From: Candidatus Methylomirabilia bacterium
GTDB taxonomy: Bacteria; Methylomirabilota; Methylomirabilia; Rokubacteriales; CSP1-6
Assembly: GCA_041496385.1 (NCBI GenBank)
Contig: JBGQEL010000012.1
Span: 11,409-75,408, forward strand
Length of the DNA: 64,000 nt
Reading direction: 5' to 3'
Positions 1 to 8,481 of the stretch are shown one piece after another (within the stretch, counting starts at the first letter, position 1; each line of letters opens with the position of its first letter). The notes under the pieces are model-generated. The model was not told the DNA's origin. It did no database searches and saw nothing but the letters and a program-made list of their open reading frames with translations. A program made the translations under genes and the position numbers.

Positions 1-166
1 ATCGAGCGCGGCGCGCAGGACCTCGGCGCGGCGGGCGCGGAGCTCGAGCGCGCGCGCGGCGAGCGCGTCGTGCAGGCGCGCGAGATAGTCGCAGAACGCG
101 CCGGTGAAGAGCTCGGCCGCGCCCTCCACCGGGGCGAAGGTCACGCGGGTCGTCGCGGGGGTTGGC
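1..166 (-). CDS. malate synthase-like protein, N-terminal fragment (gene 5' end at 166, continues past window edge)
   Basis: Not in ORF track (<60 codons in window). Minus-strand ATG at 166-164 gives MPTPATTRVTFAPVEGAAELFTGAFCDYLARLHDALAARALELRARRAEVLRAALD. The F..FL..LH..F..RR.ELLAAR pattern resembles the conserved N-terminus of malate synthase A. Short fragment, weak. Confidence 0.3.
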
Positions 167-349
167 ATGAACGATTTCTTTTCGCATGGCGACGGAGACG
201 CTGTCAATGGCAGAATGGGCCGCGTTGAAGGCGACCATCCACATGAAGGCGCTGCGCGCCGAGTACGACGCCCACTTCGGCGACACGAGCCAGCGCGCGC
301 GCTTCGCCTACACGCAGGTCTGGCCATAGCGGGGCGCCGCTTCCGCGGC

Positions 350-736
350 ATGGGCAAGGGCCGCAAGGTCCGGCGCACGCTCGAGCGCGGCGGCAGCGGC
401 CCCTCCCAGCGCCTCAACGAGGTCCTGGGCGGCTGGGACGGCGTGCGTATCACGCCCATGTTCGGGCGCTGGGGCTACTTCGTGGGCGACATGCTGTTCG
501 CCTGCTTTCCGCTCCGCGAGAAGGAGCGCGATCTCTGGATCCGCCTCGACGCCGGCGATCAGCGCCGGGCGCTCGCCGACCCCAGGATCCGGCCCCACCG
601 GCGCTTCGCGCGGCGCGGCTGGATCGAGCTCGACGTGATCGAGCCTGAGGACGTCGCCCGCGCGCTCCGGTGGCTCCGGCGCGCCCTCCACGCCACGCCG
701 GCGCCGCCGCCCGGCGACGACACAGAGGAGGCCTGA
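350..736 (+). CDS. TfoX N-terminal-domain-like protein
   Basis: ORF 104..736; conserved part begins at in-frame ATG 350 (MGKGRKV...). Segment ITPMFGRWGYFVGDMLFACF...LWIRL resembles the TfoX/Sxy N-domain. ATG 104 would overlap the divergent gene ending at 166, so 350 is preferred. Confidence 0.4.
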   Translation: MGKGRKVRRTLERGGSGPSQRLNEVLGGWDGVRITPMFGRWGYFVGDMLFACFPLREKERDLWIRLDAGDQRRALADPRIRPHRRFARRGWIELDVIEPEDVARALRWLRRALHATPAPPPGDDTEEA

Positions 737-739
737 CGG

Positions 740-1996
740 ATGGGCGAGATCCTCGAGCTGGCCGAGGGCTTCTGGTCCGGACGGGTCCCGCCGAGCGAGT
801 TCTGGAAGCCGACGGGCAAGACGGAGGAAATCGCGCCGGACGTCGTCTTTCTCCACGCGTTCGCCAACGTCACGGTCATCCGCACCGGCGCGGGCCTCGT
901 CCTGATCGACACGAGCAACTACGCCGCGCGCGAGCGCACGTTCGCCGCCGTGCGCGCGATCGACCCCGGGCCCGTCTTCGCCGCGATCTACACCCACGGC
1001 CACGCCGACCACGCCCTCGGCATGCCGCCCTTCCTCGCCGAGGCGCGGGACAAGGGCTGGCCCCGGCCGAAGATCGTGGGCCACCGCAACGTCGCCGCGC
1101 GCTTCGACCGCTACCGGCGCACGCGGGCCTGGAACGCCCAGATCAACGCGCGGCAGTTCTCGATTCCGGCCTCGTGGCCGGCCGACTACGACGACCCGGA
1201 CACGGTCTACGACAAGGCGCTTCGCTTGGTGGCGGGCGACGCGGTCCTGGGCCTCCGGCACGCGCGCGGCGAGACCGACGACCACACGTGGATCTGGTGG
1301 GCCGAGCGCCGCATCCTCTGGACGGGCGACCAGTTCATCTGGGTCGCGCCGAACGCCGGCAACCCTCAAAAGGTCCAGCGGTACGCGGCCGACTGGGCGG
1401 CCTCGCTGCGCGCGATGAGCGCGCTCGAGCCGGAGCTGCTGATCTCGGGACACGGCGTCCCCATCGTGGGGCGTGCCCGGGTGCGCGTGGCGCTCGACGA
1501 GACGGCCGAGTGGCTCGAGCACCTGGTGGCCGAGACGCTGGCGCGGATGAACGCGGGCGCGACGCTCCCGCAGATCCTGGAGGAGGTGAAGCCGCCGGGG
1601 CACCTCGCCGATCGTCCGTACCTGCAGCCGGTGTACGACGAGCCCGACTTCGTCGTCCGCAACGTCTGGCGCCTCTACGGCGGCTGGTGGGACGGGATTC
1701 CCTCCCACCTCAAGCCCGCGCCCGAGGCCGAGCTCGGCCGCGAGGTCGCGGCGCTCGCCGGCAGCGTCGCGGCGCTCGTTCTGCGGGCGCAGGCACTCGC
1801 GGACGCGGGCCGCCTCGCGCTCGCGAGCCACCTGATCGACTGGGCGGTGGCGGCCGAGCCCGAGGACCGGCAGGCGCACGCCGCGCGCGCCGAGATCTAC
1901 GGGGCCCGCGCGAAGGCGGCCGGGGCGCTCATGACGCGCGGGATCTTCGGCGCCGCCGCGCGCGAGTCGGCGGCGCGCGCCGGCGGCGGCCCCTAG
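740..1996 (+). CDS. MBL-fold metallo-hydrolase, alkyl/aryl-sulfatase-like (MBL plus dimerisation domain, no SCP2 tail)
   Basis: 418 aa; THGHADH metal-binding motif and a GGWWDG-containing region as in SdsA1-type alkyl sulfatases; starts 4 nt after the upstream stop. Confidence 0.6.
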   Translation: MGEILELAEGFWSGRVPPSEFWKPTGKTEEIAPDVVFLHAFANVTVIRTGAGLVLIDTSNYAARERTFAAVRAIDPGPVFAAIYTHGHADHALGMPPFLAEARDKGWPRPKIVGHRNVAARFDRYRRTRAWNAQINARQFSIPASWPADYDDPDTVYDKALRLVAGDAVLGLRHARGETDDHTWIWWAERRILWTGDQFIWVAPNAGNPQKVQRYAADWAASLRAMSALEPELLISGHGVPIVGRARVRVALDETAEWLEHLVAETLARMNAGATLPQILEEVKPPGHLADRPYLQPVYDEPDFVVRNVWRLYGGWWDGIPSHLKPAPEAELGREVAALAGSVAALVLRAQALADAGRLALASHLIDWAVAAEPEDRQAHAARAEIYGARAKAAGALMTRGIFGAAARESAARAGGGP

Positions 1997-2002
1997 CCCG
2001 GA

Positions 2003-2197
2003 TCAATCACGAACGACCACACCCACGTCGGACGGGTGGCGCCGCGGGCTGTGCCCGGGCAGCCGGCGAAGTGGGACCCCCGAGTCCCGTCCGCAGCTCG
2101 AAGAGCTGCGATCGAGCGAGTGGGTGACGGAGCCGGGGCGCGGGCACAGCCCGCGGCGACAGGACCCGTCCGCCTCGCGTGTAGTCGTTCGTGAATA
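2003..2197. repeat. ~195-nt nested imperfect palindrome exactly filling the convergent intergenic gap
   Basis: Perfect arm pairs: cacgaacgac (2008-2017) with gtcgttcgtg (2184-2193); cggacgggt (2029-2037) with acccgtccg (2164-2172); gccgcgggctgtgcccg (2041-2057) with cgggcacagcccgcggc (2141-2157). No T-tract. Confidence 0.6.
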
Positions 2198-2203
2198 CCC
2201 GGG

Positions 2204-3550
2204 TTAGGCGGATGCCGCGGCGTCGGCCGCCGCGCGCGCCCGGGCCTCCTCGCGCGCGCGGGCCTCGATCCGGTCGATCCGCACCAGGGGCACGAGCAGC
2301 CAGGCCGCCGCGGTGACGGCCGCGGAGACGAGCACGAGCGGCGTGTAGCCGAGCGCGTCGTAGAGGCGCGCGCCGACGTTCTGCGAGAGCTGGGCCCCGC
2401 CGTTGTAGACCGACATGAGCAGCGCGAAGAAGGTCGCCTCCACCCGCCGCGGACACGACTTGGCCGCAAGGTCGAGGAGCGCCAGCTGGGTGATCATCCC
2501 GACGCACCCGAACGTGACGTCGATGACGAGCGCGGACGCGGCGCCGCGGTAGAGGAGGTAGCCGAGCGTTGCGACGACACCGGCGGCGATGGAGGCGTTG
2601 ATCAGCAGCTTGAGCGGCAGGCGCCGCGACAGCGGGGCGTAGATCGCCGCGCCGATCACGCCGGCGATCGCCGCGAGCGACGCGAGCAGGCCGATGAACT
2701 GCTGGCTGAACCCGAGCGCGTCCGTCTGGTAGTAGAGGAACGCCGGACCGAAGGACGGGCTGAACGTCCAGAAGAGGACGAACCCCGCGACCACCCACAT
2801 GTCCCGGTGCGCGAGCGCCTCCCGGATCGCCTGCCACGTCGCGCGGATCGCGGCGGCGTCGAACCGGGCGCGCGGCTCGCGCACGAAGAAGACCCCCATG
2901 AGCAGCGAGACGACGGGGAACGTCGCCGCGATGAGGAAGGCGGGCCGCAGGCTCCGGCTCTCCGCCAGGTAACCGCCCAGCGCGCCCACGATCACCGAGG
3001 CGACCGTGATGCAGGCCCACTGGACCGACTGGAACGCGCCGGTGAGGCCGCGCGGCCGGCCGTTCTCGACCATCAACGCGTCGGTGAGCACGTCGGTGAA
3101 GGCCAGCCCGAGCGCCATGAGCGTGAACAGGCCCACGCCGGCGACGAGGGTGAAGCTCACGGCGCCGACGAGCGGCAGCGCGACGCTGAAGCTCTCGACG
3201 GGGCCCTCCGCGATCAGCGCGCCCGAGGCGAGGACGAGGCTCGCCACCGCGGCGAGTCCCGAGGTCACGACGAAATAGCTCTGGCGCCGGCGCCCGAAGA
3301 GCGGCACGAAATCAGAGAGGAGCCCGTAGACGGGCTTGATGAGCCAGGGGATCGTGCTGATGAGGAAGAAGTCGGCGACCTGGCCCGCGCTGAGGCCGCG
3401 GTCCTTGAGGATGATCGTGATCGTCTGGTTGGGCAGATACCACATGCCCTGCGCGAAGTAGACGACGCCGAAGAGGAGGGCGAGTCGCTGCGTCTCGGGG
3501 GTCTTGAACGGGTTGAGCCGCCGGACCCACTCGGGCATGCCGGCGGCCAT
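2204..3550 (-). CDS. BT1 / folate-biopterin family MFS transporter
   Basis: ORF 2204..3847; membrane protein begins at internal ATG 3550 (MAAGMPEWVRRLNPF...), ~12 hydrophobic segments, LLFGVVYFAQG region typical of the BT1 family. The upstream 99 codons of the ORF are Arg/Ser-rich and would overlap the divergent gene. Confidence 0.6.
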   Translation of the reverse strand: MAAGMPEWVRRLNPFKTPETQRLALLFGVVYFAQGMWYLPNQTITIILKDRGLSAGQVADFFLISTIPWLIKPVYGLLSDFVPLFGRRRQSYFVVTSGLAAVASLVLASGALIAEGPVESFSVALPLVGAVSFTLVAGVGLFTLMALGLAFTDVLTDALMVENGRPRGLTGAFQSVQWACITVASVIVGALGGYLAESRSLRPAFLIAATFPVVSLLMGVFFVREPRARFDAAAIRATWQAIREALAHRDMWVVAGFVLFWTFSPSFGPAFLYYQTDALGFSQQFIGLLASLAAIAGVIGAAIYAPLSRRLPLKLLINASIAAGVVATLGYLLYRGAASALVIDVTFGCVGMITQLALLDLAAKSCPRRVEATFFALLMSVYNGGAQLSQNVGARLYDALGYTPLVLVSAAVTAAAWLLVPLVRIDRIEARAREEARARAAADAAASA

Positions 3551-3569
3551 GATACCCTGATCTCCGGTC

Positions 3570-5612
3570 ATGCCGTCCTCGGTTTGTCCGCACGACTGCC
3601 CCTCGGCCTGCCGCCTCGTCGTCGAGGTCGAGAACGGGCGCATCACCTCCGTCACGGGCGATCCCGCGCATCCGTTCACGCAGGGCGTGATCTGCGGCAA
3701 GGTGCGCGAGTACGCCGAGCGCGTCCACTCGCCGCTCCGCGTCGCGACGCCGCTGCGGCGCGTCGGCCCCAAGGGGCGCGGCGAGTTCGCCCGCATCTCC
3801 TGGGACGAGGCGATCGGGGAGATCGCCGCGCGCTGGCGGACGATCATCCGCGAGCACGGCGCCGAGGCGATCCTGCCCTTCTCCTACGCGGGCTCGATGG
3901 GGCAGGTGCAGTACCACGCGGGCCACCCGCTCTTTCACGCCCTCGGCGCCTCGCGCCTCGACCGCTCCATCTGCGTCTCGACGGCGTACGCGGGATGGCG
4001 GGCGACGCTCGGCGTGGTCACCGGGAACGACTCCGAGCAGATGGTCGGCGCCGATCTCGTCGTGCTCTGGGGCGTGAACGCCGCCTACTCGACCATCAAC
4101 GTCATGACGCTCGTGAAGCAGGCGCGCGCCCGGGGCGCGCGCGTCGTGGTGATCGATCCCTACCGCACGCCGACGGCGCAGCAGGCCGACGAGCACCTGA
4201 TGGTCCGCCCCGGCACCGACGCCGCGCTCGCGCTCGGCGTCATGCACGTGCTCGTGACGGAGGGCCTCGTCGACCGCGGCTACGTCGAGCGCGCGACGCT
4301 CGGCTTCGACCGGCTCGCCGAGCACGTCAAGGCGTACCCGCCCGAGCGGGTCGCCGCGATCGTGGGGCTCCCCGCCGAGACCGTCGTCGGGTTCGCCCGG
4401 CGCTACGGCGCCTCGCCGCGGACGTTCATCCGCGTCGGCATCGGCGTCTCGCGCCACGACAACGGCGGGATGACCTGCCGGACGCTGGCGTGCCTGCCGG
4501 CGCTCACGGGCGCCTGGGCGGACCCCCACGGCGGCGCGCTCCTGTCCTCGGGCGGCGCCTTCGGCTTCGACTACGGCGTCCTCGAGCGCCCCGACCTGAT
4601 GCCGGGCCCGGCGCCGCGGGTGATCAACATGATCCACCTCGGGCGCGCGCTCACCGACCCGGCGCTGACGCCCCCGGTGAAGGCGCTCTACGTCTACAGC
4701 TCGAACCCCGCGGCCGTGTGCCCGAACCAGAGCCGCGTCCTCGAGGGGCTCGCGCGCGAGGACCTGTTCACCGTCGTCCACGAGCAGGTCCTGACCGACA
4801 CGGCGTTCTACGCCGACGTCGTCCTGCCGGCCACGACGTCCATGGAGCACGAGGACCTCTACCGCTCCTTCGGCCAGTTCACGCTCCAGCTCGCGCGGCC
4901 GGTCCTGCCGCCGCAGGGCGAGGCGCGGTCGAACTGGGAGACGTGCGGCGCGCTCGCCCGGGCGATGGGGGTCGCGCAGGAGCACTACGCGAAGGACGCC
5001 CCCGGGCTCATCCGCGAGTTTCTCGCGCGCGGCGACGCCGCCGTGCGCGCCGTCACCTACGAGCGGCTCCTGCGCGAGGGCTGGGCGCGCCTCGACCTGC
5101 CGCGCCCGTACCTGCCGTTCGCCGACGGGGCGCCGACGCCGTCGGGCAAGGTGGAGCTCTACTCCGAGACACTGGCGAGCCGCGGGCTCCCCCCGCTGCC
5201 GACGTACGTGCCGCTCACGGAGGGGCCGGCGAGCCCCGAGCGGCTCGCGCGCTATCCGCTGCAGTGCATCGTGCCGCCGAACCGCTTCTTCCTGAATTCG
5301 TCGTTCAGCCAGTCGGAGCGGCTGCGCCGGCGGCAGAAGGCGCCGACGGTGATGCTCGCGGCCGAGGACGCCGCGTCGCGCGGTATCCGCGCCGGCGACG
5401 CCGTCCGCGTGGAGAGCGCGCGGGGCGCCGCGCGCTTCACGGCGGAGGTGACCGACGCGACGCGCCCCGGCGTCGTCGTGGTCGAGGGGATCTGGTGGCA
5501 TCGCTTCCACCCGGGCGGGCGCGGCGTCAACGTCCTCACCGACGACCGGGTGACGGACATGGGCGGCGGTCCCGCGTTCCATTCCAACCTCGTCGAGGTC
5601 GCGCGTGTCTAG
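3570..5612 (+). CDS. molybdopterin (Mo-bisPGD) oxidoreductase family protein, cytoplasmic (no Tat signal)
   Basis: 680 aa; N-terminal 4Fe-4S motif C-x2-C-x3-C (CPHDCPSAC) followed by a downstream Cys; molybdopterin oxidoreductase domain organisation; no twin-arginine motif. Substrate not assignable. Confidence 0.75.
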   Translation: MPSSVCPHDCPSACRLVVEVENGRITSVTGDPAHPFTQGVICGKVREYAERVHSPLRVATPLRRVGPKGRGEFARISWDEAIGEIAARWRTIIREHGAEAILPFSYAGSMGQVQYHAGHPLFHALGASRLDRSICVSTAYAGWRATLGVVTGNDSEQMVGADLVVLWGVNAAYSTINVMTLVKQARARGARVVVIDPYRTPTAQQADEHLMVRPGTDAALALGVMHVLVTEGLVDRGYVERATLGFDRLAEHVKAYPPERVAAIVGLPAETVVGFARRYGASPRTFIRVGIGVSRHDNGGMTCRTLACLPALTGAWADPHGGALLSSGGAFGFDYGVLERPDLMPGPAPRVINMIHLGRALTDPALTPPVKALYVYSSNPAAVCPNQSRVLEGLAREDLFTVVHEQVLTDTAFYADVVLPATTSMEHEDLYRSFGQFTLQLARPVLPPQGEARSNWETCGALARAMGVAQEHYAKDAPGLIREFLARGDAAVRAVTYERLLREGWARLDLPRPYLPFADGAPTPSGKVELYSETLASRGLPPLPTYVPLTEGPASPERLARYPLQCIVPPNRFFLNSSFSQSERLRRRQKAPTVMLAAEDAASRGIRAGDAVRVESARGAARFTAEVTDATRPGVVVVEGIWWHRFHPGGRGVNVLTDDRVTDMGGGPAFHSNLVEVARV

Positions 5613-7041
5613 CACGCCGGCGGCGGGCTACCTCAAGACGCTCTTCCTGCACCCGCCCTCGTACGAGGGCTTCGACGGCGGAGCCGGCTCGCGCTATCAG
5701 GCGCGCCGCGAGATCCGCTCCTTCTGGTACCCGACCTGGCTCGCGCAGCCCGCGGCCCTGGTGCCGGGCTCGCGCCTCGTGGACGCGCCGCCCGGCGGCC
5801 TCGGGCTCGAGGACGTGCTCCCGCTCGCGCGCGAGTACGAGCTCGCGGTGCTCCACACGAGCACGCCGTCCTTCGCCTACGACGTCAAGGTCGCCGAGGC
5901 GCTCCGCGGCGAGAACCCGAAGCTCCGGATCGGCTTCGTCGGCGCGCACGTGGCCGTGCACCCCGAGCAGGCGCTGGCCGCGTCCGACGCAATCGAGTTC
6001 GTCGCGCGCAACGAGTTCGACTTCACGATCCAGGAGGTCGCCCAGGGCCGGCCGCTCGCCGAGGTCGCCGGCCTCTCCTATCGCTGGGACGGCGCGATCC
6101 GCCACACGCCGGATCGCGCGATGCTCGAGAACATGGACGCGCTGCCGTTCGTCGTGGACGTCTACCGGCGCGATCTCACGATCGACCAGTACTTCATCGG
6201 CTACCTCCTGCACCCGTACGTGTCGCTCTACACGGGCCGGGGGTGCCGCTCGAAGTGCACGTTCTGCCTCTGGCCGCAGACCGTCGGCGGCCACCGCTAC
6301 CGGACGCGCTCGGTCGAGCACGTGCTCGCGGAGATCGAGCGCGCCACGCGCTACTTCCCGCAGGTGCGCGAGTACTTCTTCGACGACGACACCTTCACCG
6401 ACGACCTCCCGCGCGCCGAGGCGATCGCGCGGGGCCTGGGGCGGCTCGGCGTCACGTGGTCGTGCAACGCCAAGGCGAACGTGCCGCGCGAGACCCTGCG
6501 GGTGCTGCGGGACAACGGCCTCCGGCTCCTGCTCGTGGGGTACGAGTCGGGCGACCCGCGGATCCTGAACAACGTCAAGAAGGGGGTCCGTCTCGACGTC
6601 GCGCGGCGATTCACGCGCGACTGCCGCGACCTCGGCATCACGATCCACGGCACCTTCATCCTGGGCCTGCCCGGCGAGACGCGCGAGACGATCGAGCGGA
6701 CGATCCGCTTCGCCTGCGAGATCGACCCGCACACGGTCCAGGTGTCGATCGCGGCGCCCTATCCGGGGACGGCGATGTACCGCGAGGCGATGGACCACGG
6801 CTGGCTCAGCGGCGACGGGCTCGTGGACGGTCGCGGCCTCCAGCAGAGCGCGCTCAGCTACCCCGACCTGCCGAGTGCCCAGATCTTCGACGCGGTCGAG
6901 CGCTTCTACAAGCGCTTTTACTTCCGTCCCCGGAAGATCGGGGCGCTCACTTGGGAGATGCTGCGCGACCGCCGGATGCTCGCGCGGAGGCTTCGCGAGG
7001 GCGTCGAGTTCTTCCGCTTCCTGGCGCAGCGGTCGCGCTAG
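5605..7041 (+). CDS. hpnJ: hopanoid biosynthesis-associated B12-binding radical SAM protein HpnJ
   Basis: 478 aa; GTG start overlapping upstream stop by 8 nt (GTGTCTAG). N-terminus YLKTLFLHPPSYEGFDGGAGSRYQARREIRSFWYPTWLA and radical-SAM cysteines CRSKCTFC match the HpnJ family. Confidence 0.8.
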   Translation: MSSTPAAGYLKTLFLHPPSYEGFDGGAGSRYQARREIRSFWYPTWLAQPAALVPGSRLVDAPPGGLGLEDVLPLAREYELAVLHTSTPSFAYDVKVAEALRGENPKLRIGFVGAHVAVHPEQALAASDAIEFVARNEFDFTIQEVAQGRPLAEVAGLSYRWDGAIRHTPDRAMLENMDALPFVVDVYRRDLTIDQYFIGYLLHPYVSLYTGRGCRSKCTFCLWPQTVGGHRYRTRSVEHVLAEIERATRYFPQVREYFFDDDTFTDDLPRAEAIARGLGRLGVTWSCNAKANVPRETLRVLRDNGLRLLLVGYESGDPRILNNVKKGVRLDVARRFTRDCRDLGITIHGTFILGLPGETRETIERTIRFACEIDPHTVQVSIAAPYPGTAMYREAMDHGWLSGDGLVDGRGLQQSALSYPDLPSAQIFDAVERFYKRFYFRPRKIGALTWEMLRDRRMLARRLREGVEFFRFLAQRSR

Positions 7042-7064
7042 CCTCGACGATCCTGCGCGTCGCG

Positions 7065-7278
7065 CCGGCGGGCGCGGGGCGGGAGGGGTCGTCGGACCAC
7101 GCGGCTCGCGTTCGCTGCCCGGCTGTGACTGGGCTCCATCCGGGCGCGTGGGGCCCGTCGCCCGGGGCGGGAACGAGTCCGATCAACCCCTCCCGCCCCG
7201 CGCCCGCCGGCGCGGCAATCGGGGTCGTCGGACCACGCGGCTCGCGTCCGCTACCCGGCAGCGGCTGGACCACGCGGG
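7065..7278. repeat. composite repeat in convergent intergenic region: 24-nt perfect inverted repeat plus 39-nt direct repeat (2 mismatches) plus a third partial copy
   Basis: IR ccggcgggcgcggggcgggagggg (7065-7088) with its exact reverse complement (7187-7210). DR ggggtcgtcggaccacgcggctcgcgtNcgctNcccggc at 7085-7123 and 7221-7259. The core ggaccacgcgg recurs at 7268-7278. Confidence 0.6.
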
Positions 7279-7284
7279 TGGAGT

Positions 7285-8481
7285 TCAGCGGTCGCGAGAG
7301 GTCGCGACGGGGCGGGGCGTTTCCCGGGCCGCGAGCCCCAGCAGGTGCGCGGCGACGTCGCGGGCGGCGTGCGGCCGTCGGAGGGCCCGCATCGCCACTC
7401 GGAGGCCGTCGAGCGCACCGGGCCCGGCCAGCGCCCGGCGCAGCACCTGGGCGAGCTCGGCGGGCGTGCGGGCGGCGAGCGCGATGCCGGCCTGGACGGC
7501 GAACGCCTCGTTGCGCGCCTCGTGGCCGGGGAGCGAGCCGAAGCAGACGATGGGAAGCTCGGCGGCCAACGCCTCGGCCAGCGAGAGGCCGCCCGCCTTG
7601 GTGACGAGGAGGTCCGCGGCGGCCATGAGCTCTCGGACGTTGTCCGCGTAGCCGAGGATCCGAATCCGGCCGGACGCCCCGACCGCCGCGCGCAGCTGCC
7701 GCGCGAGGTCGGCGTCCACGCCGGTGACGACCAGGGCCTCGAGCGGCTGCGGGAGCTCGCGCACGACTCGGGTCACCTCGGGCAGACGCCCGAGCCGGGT
7801 CGCGGCGCCCGCCATCACGAGGACGACCGGCGCGCGGGGGTCGAGGCCGAGCTCGGCCCGCGCCCGCGCCCGGTCGTGCGGCACGGCGAACTCCGCGCCC
7901 ACCGGAATGCCCGTCGCGACGGCGCGCGTCGGGGGCAGCCCGAGCGCCACCAGCGCCTCGCGGATCGACTCCGCCGGCACGTAGTGGGCGTCGGCGTCCG
8001 GGTGGATCCACTGGGCGTGGACCACGAAGTCGCTGAAGACGAGCCCGTAGGGCGGGATCGCGACGCCGCGCGAGCGGAGCAAGCCGAGGGCGCCGGCGGG
8101 TGTGGGGTGCGTGCACGCCACGCAATCCGGGCGCTCGGCGTCGAGGAGCCGGGCGAGCTTCGCGCTGCCGAGCCGGTTCGCGTCCAGCGTGAGTCGCGAC
8201 GACGGCGTCAGGCGGTCGCCGACGCGGTAGGCGAGGTCCCACAGGATGGGCGCCCGGTGGAGCATCGCCTCGTAGATCCGCTGGCTCCAGCGTTCGAACG
8301 CGGGATGCACGAGCTCGCGGAAGTGGTCCACGATCTTCGTCGAGGCGCCGACCGCGCGGAAGGCGGCGTCGAGCGCGGCGGCGGCGGCGTGGTGGCCCGA
8401 GCCGAAGCCCGCGGTGAGGATGAGGGCGCGCGGCGCGCGGCCCCCTCCGGCGACGCGCGCCGGAGCGAGCTCCGCGCTCAT
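7285..8481 (-). CDS. glycosyltransferase, MGDG-synthase/UgtP-like (GT28 family)
   Basis: C-terminal 398 codons of the 1406-aa ORF 7285..11505; the rest of that ORF is an out-of-frame overlap of hpnN and MIPS. ATG 8481-8479 overlaps the hpnN stop (ATGA). N-terminal LILTAGFGSGHH..AA.AL as in MGDG synthase/UgtP; C-terminal GT28 region (LLVTKAGGLSLAEALAAELPIV). Confidence 0.65.
   Translation of the reverse strand: MSAELAPARVAGGGRAPRALILTAGFGSGHHAAAAALDAAFRAVGASTKIVDHFRELVHPAFERWSQRIYEAMLHRAPILWDLAYRVGDRLTPSSRLTLDANRLGSAKLARLLDAERPDCVACTHPTPAGALGLLRSRGVAIPPYGLVFSDFVVHAQWIHPDADAHYVPAESIREALVALGLPPTRAVATGIPVGAEFAVPHDRARARAELGLDPRAPVVLVMAGAATRLGRLPEVTRVVRELPQPLEALVVTGVDADLARQLRAAVGASGRIRILGYADNVRELMAAADLLVTKAGGLSLAEALAAELPIVCFGSLPGHEARNEAFAVQAGIALAARTPAELAQVLRRALAGPGALDGLRVAMRALRRPHAARDVAAHLLGLAARETPRPVATSRDR

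Noticed and set aside
104-349. ATG 104 as start of the TfoX-like gene
   Set aside because: The N-terminal 82 residues are unconserved and would overlap the divergent malate-synthase-like gene starting at 166. Conserved sequence begins at ATG 350.
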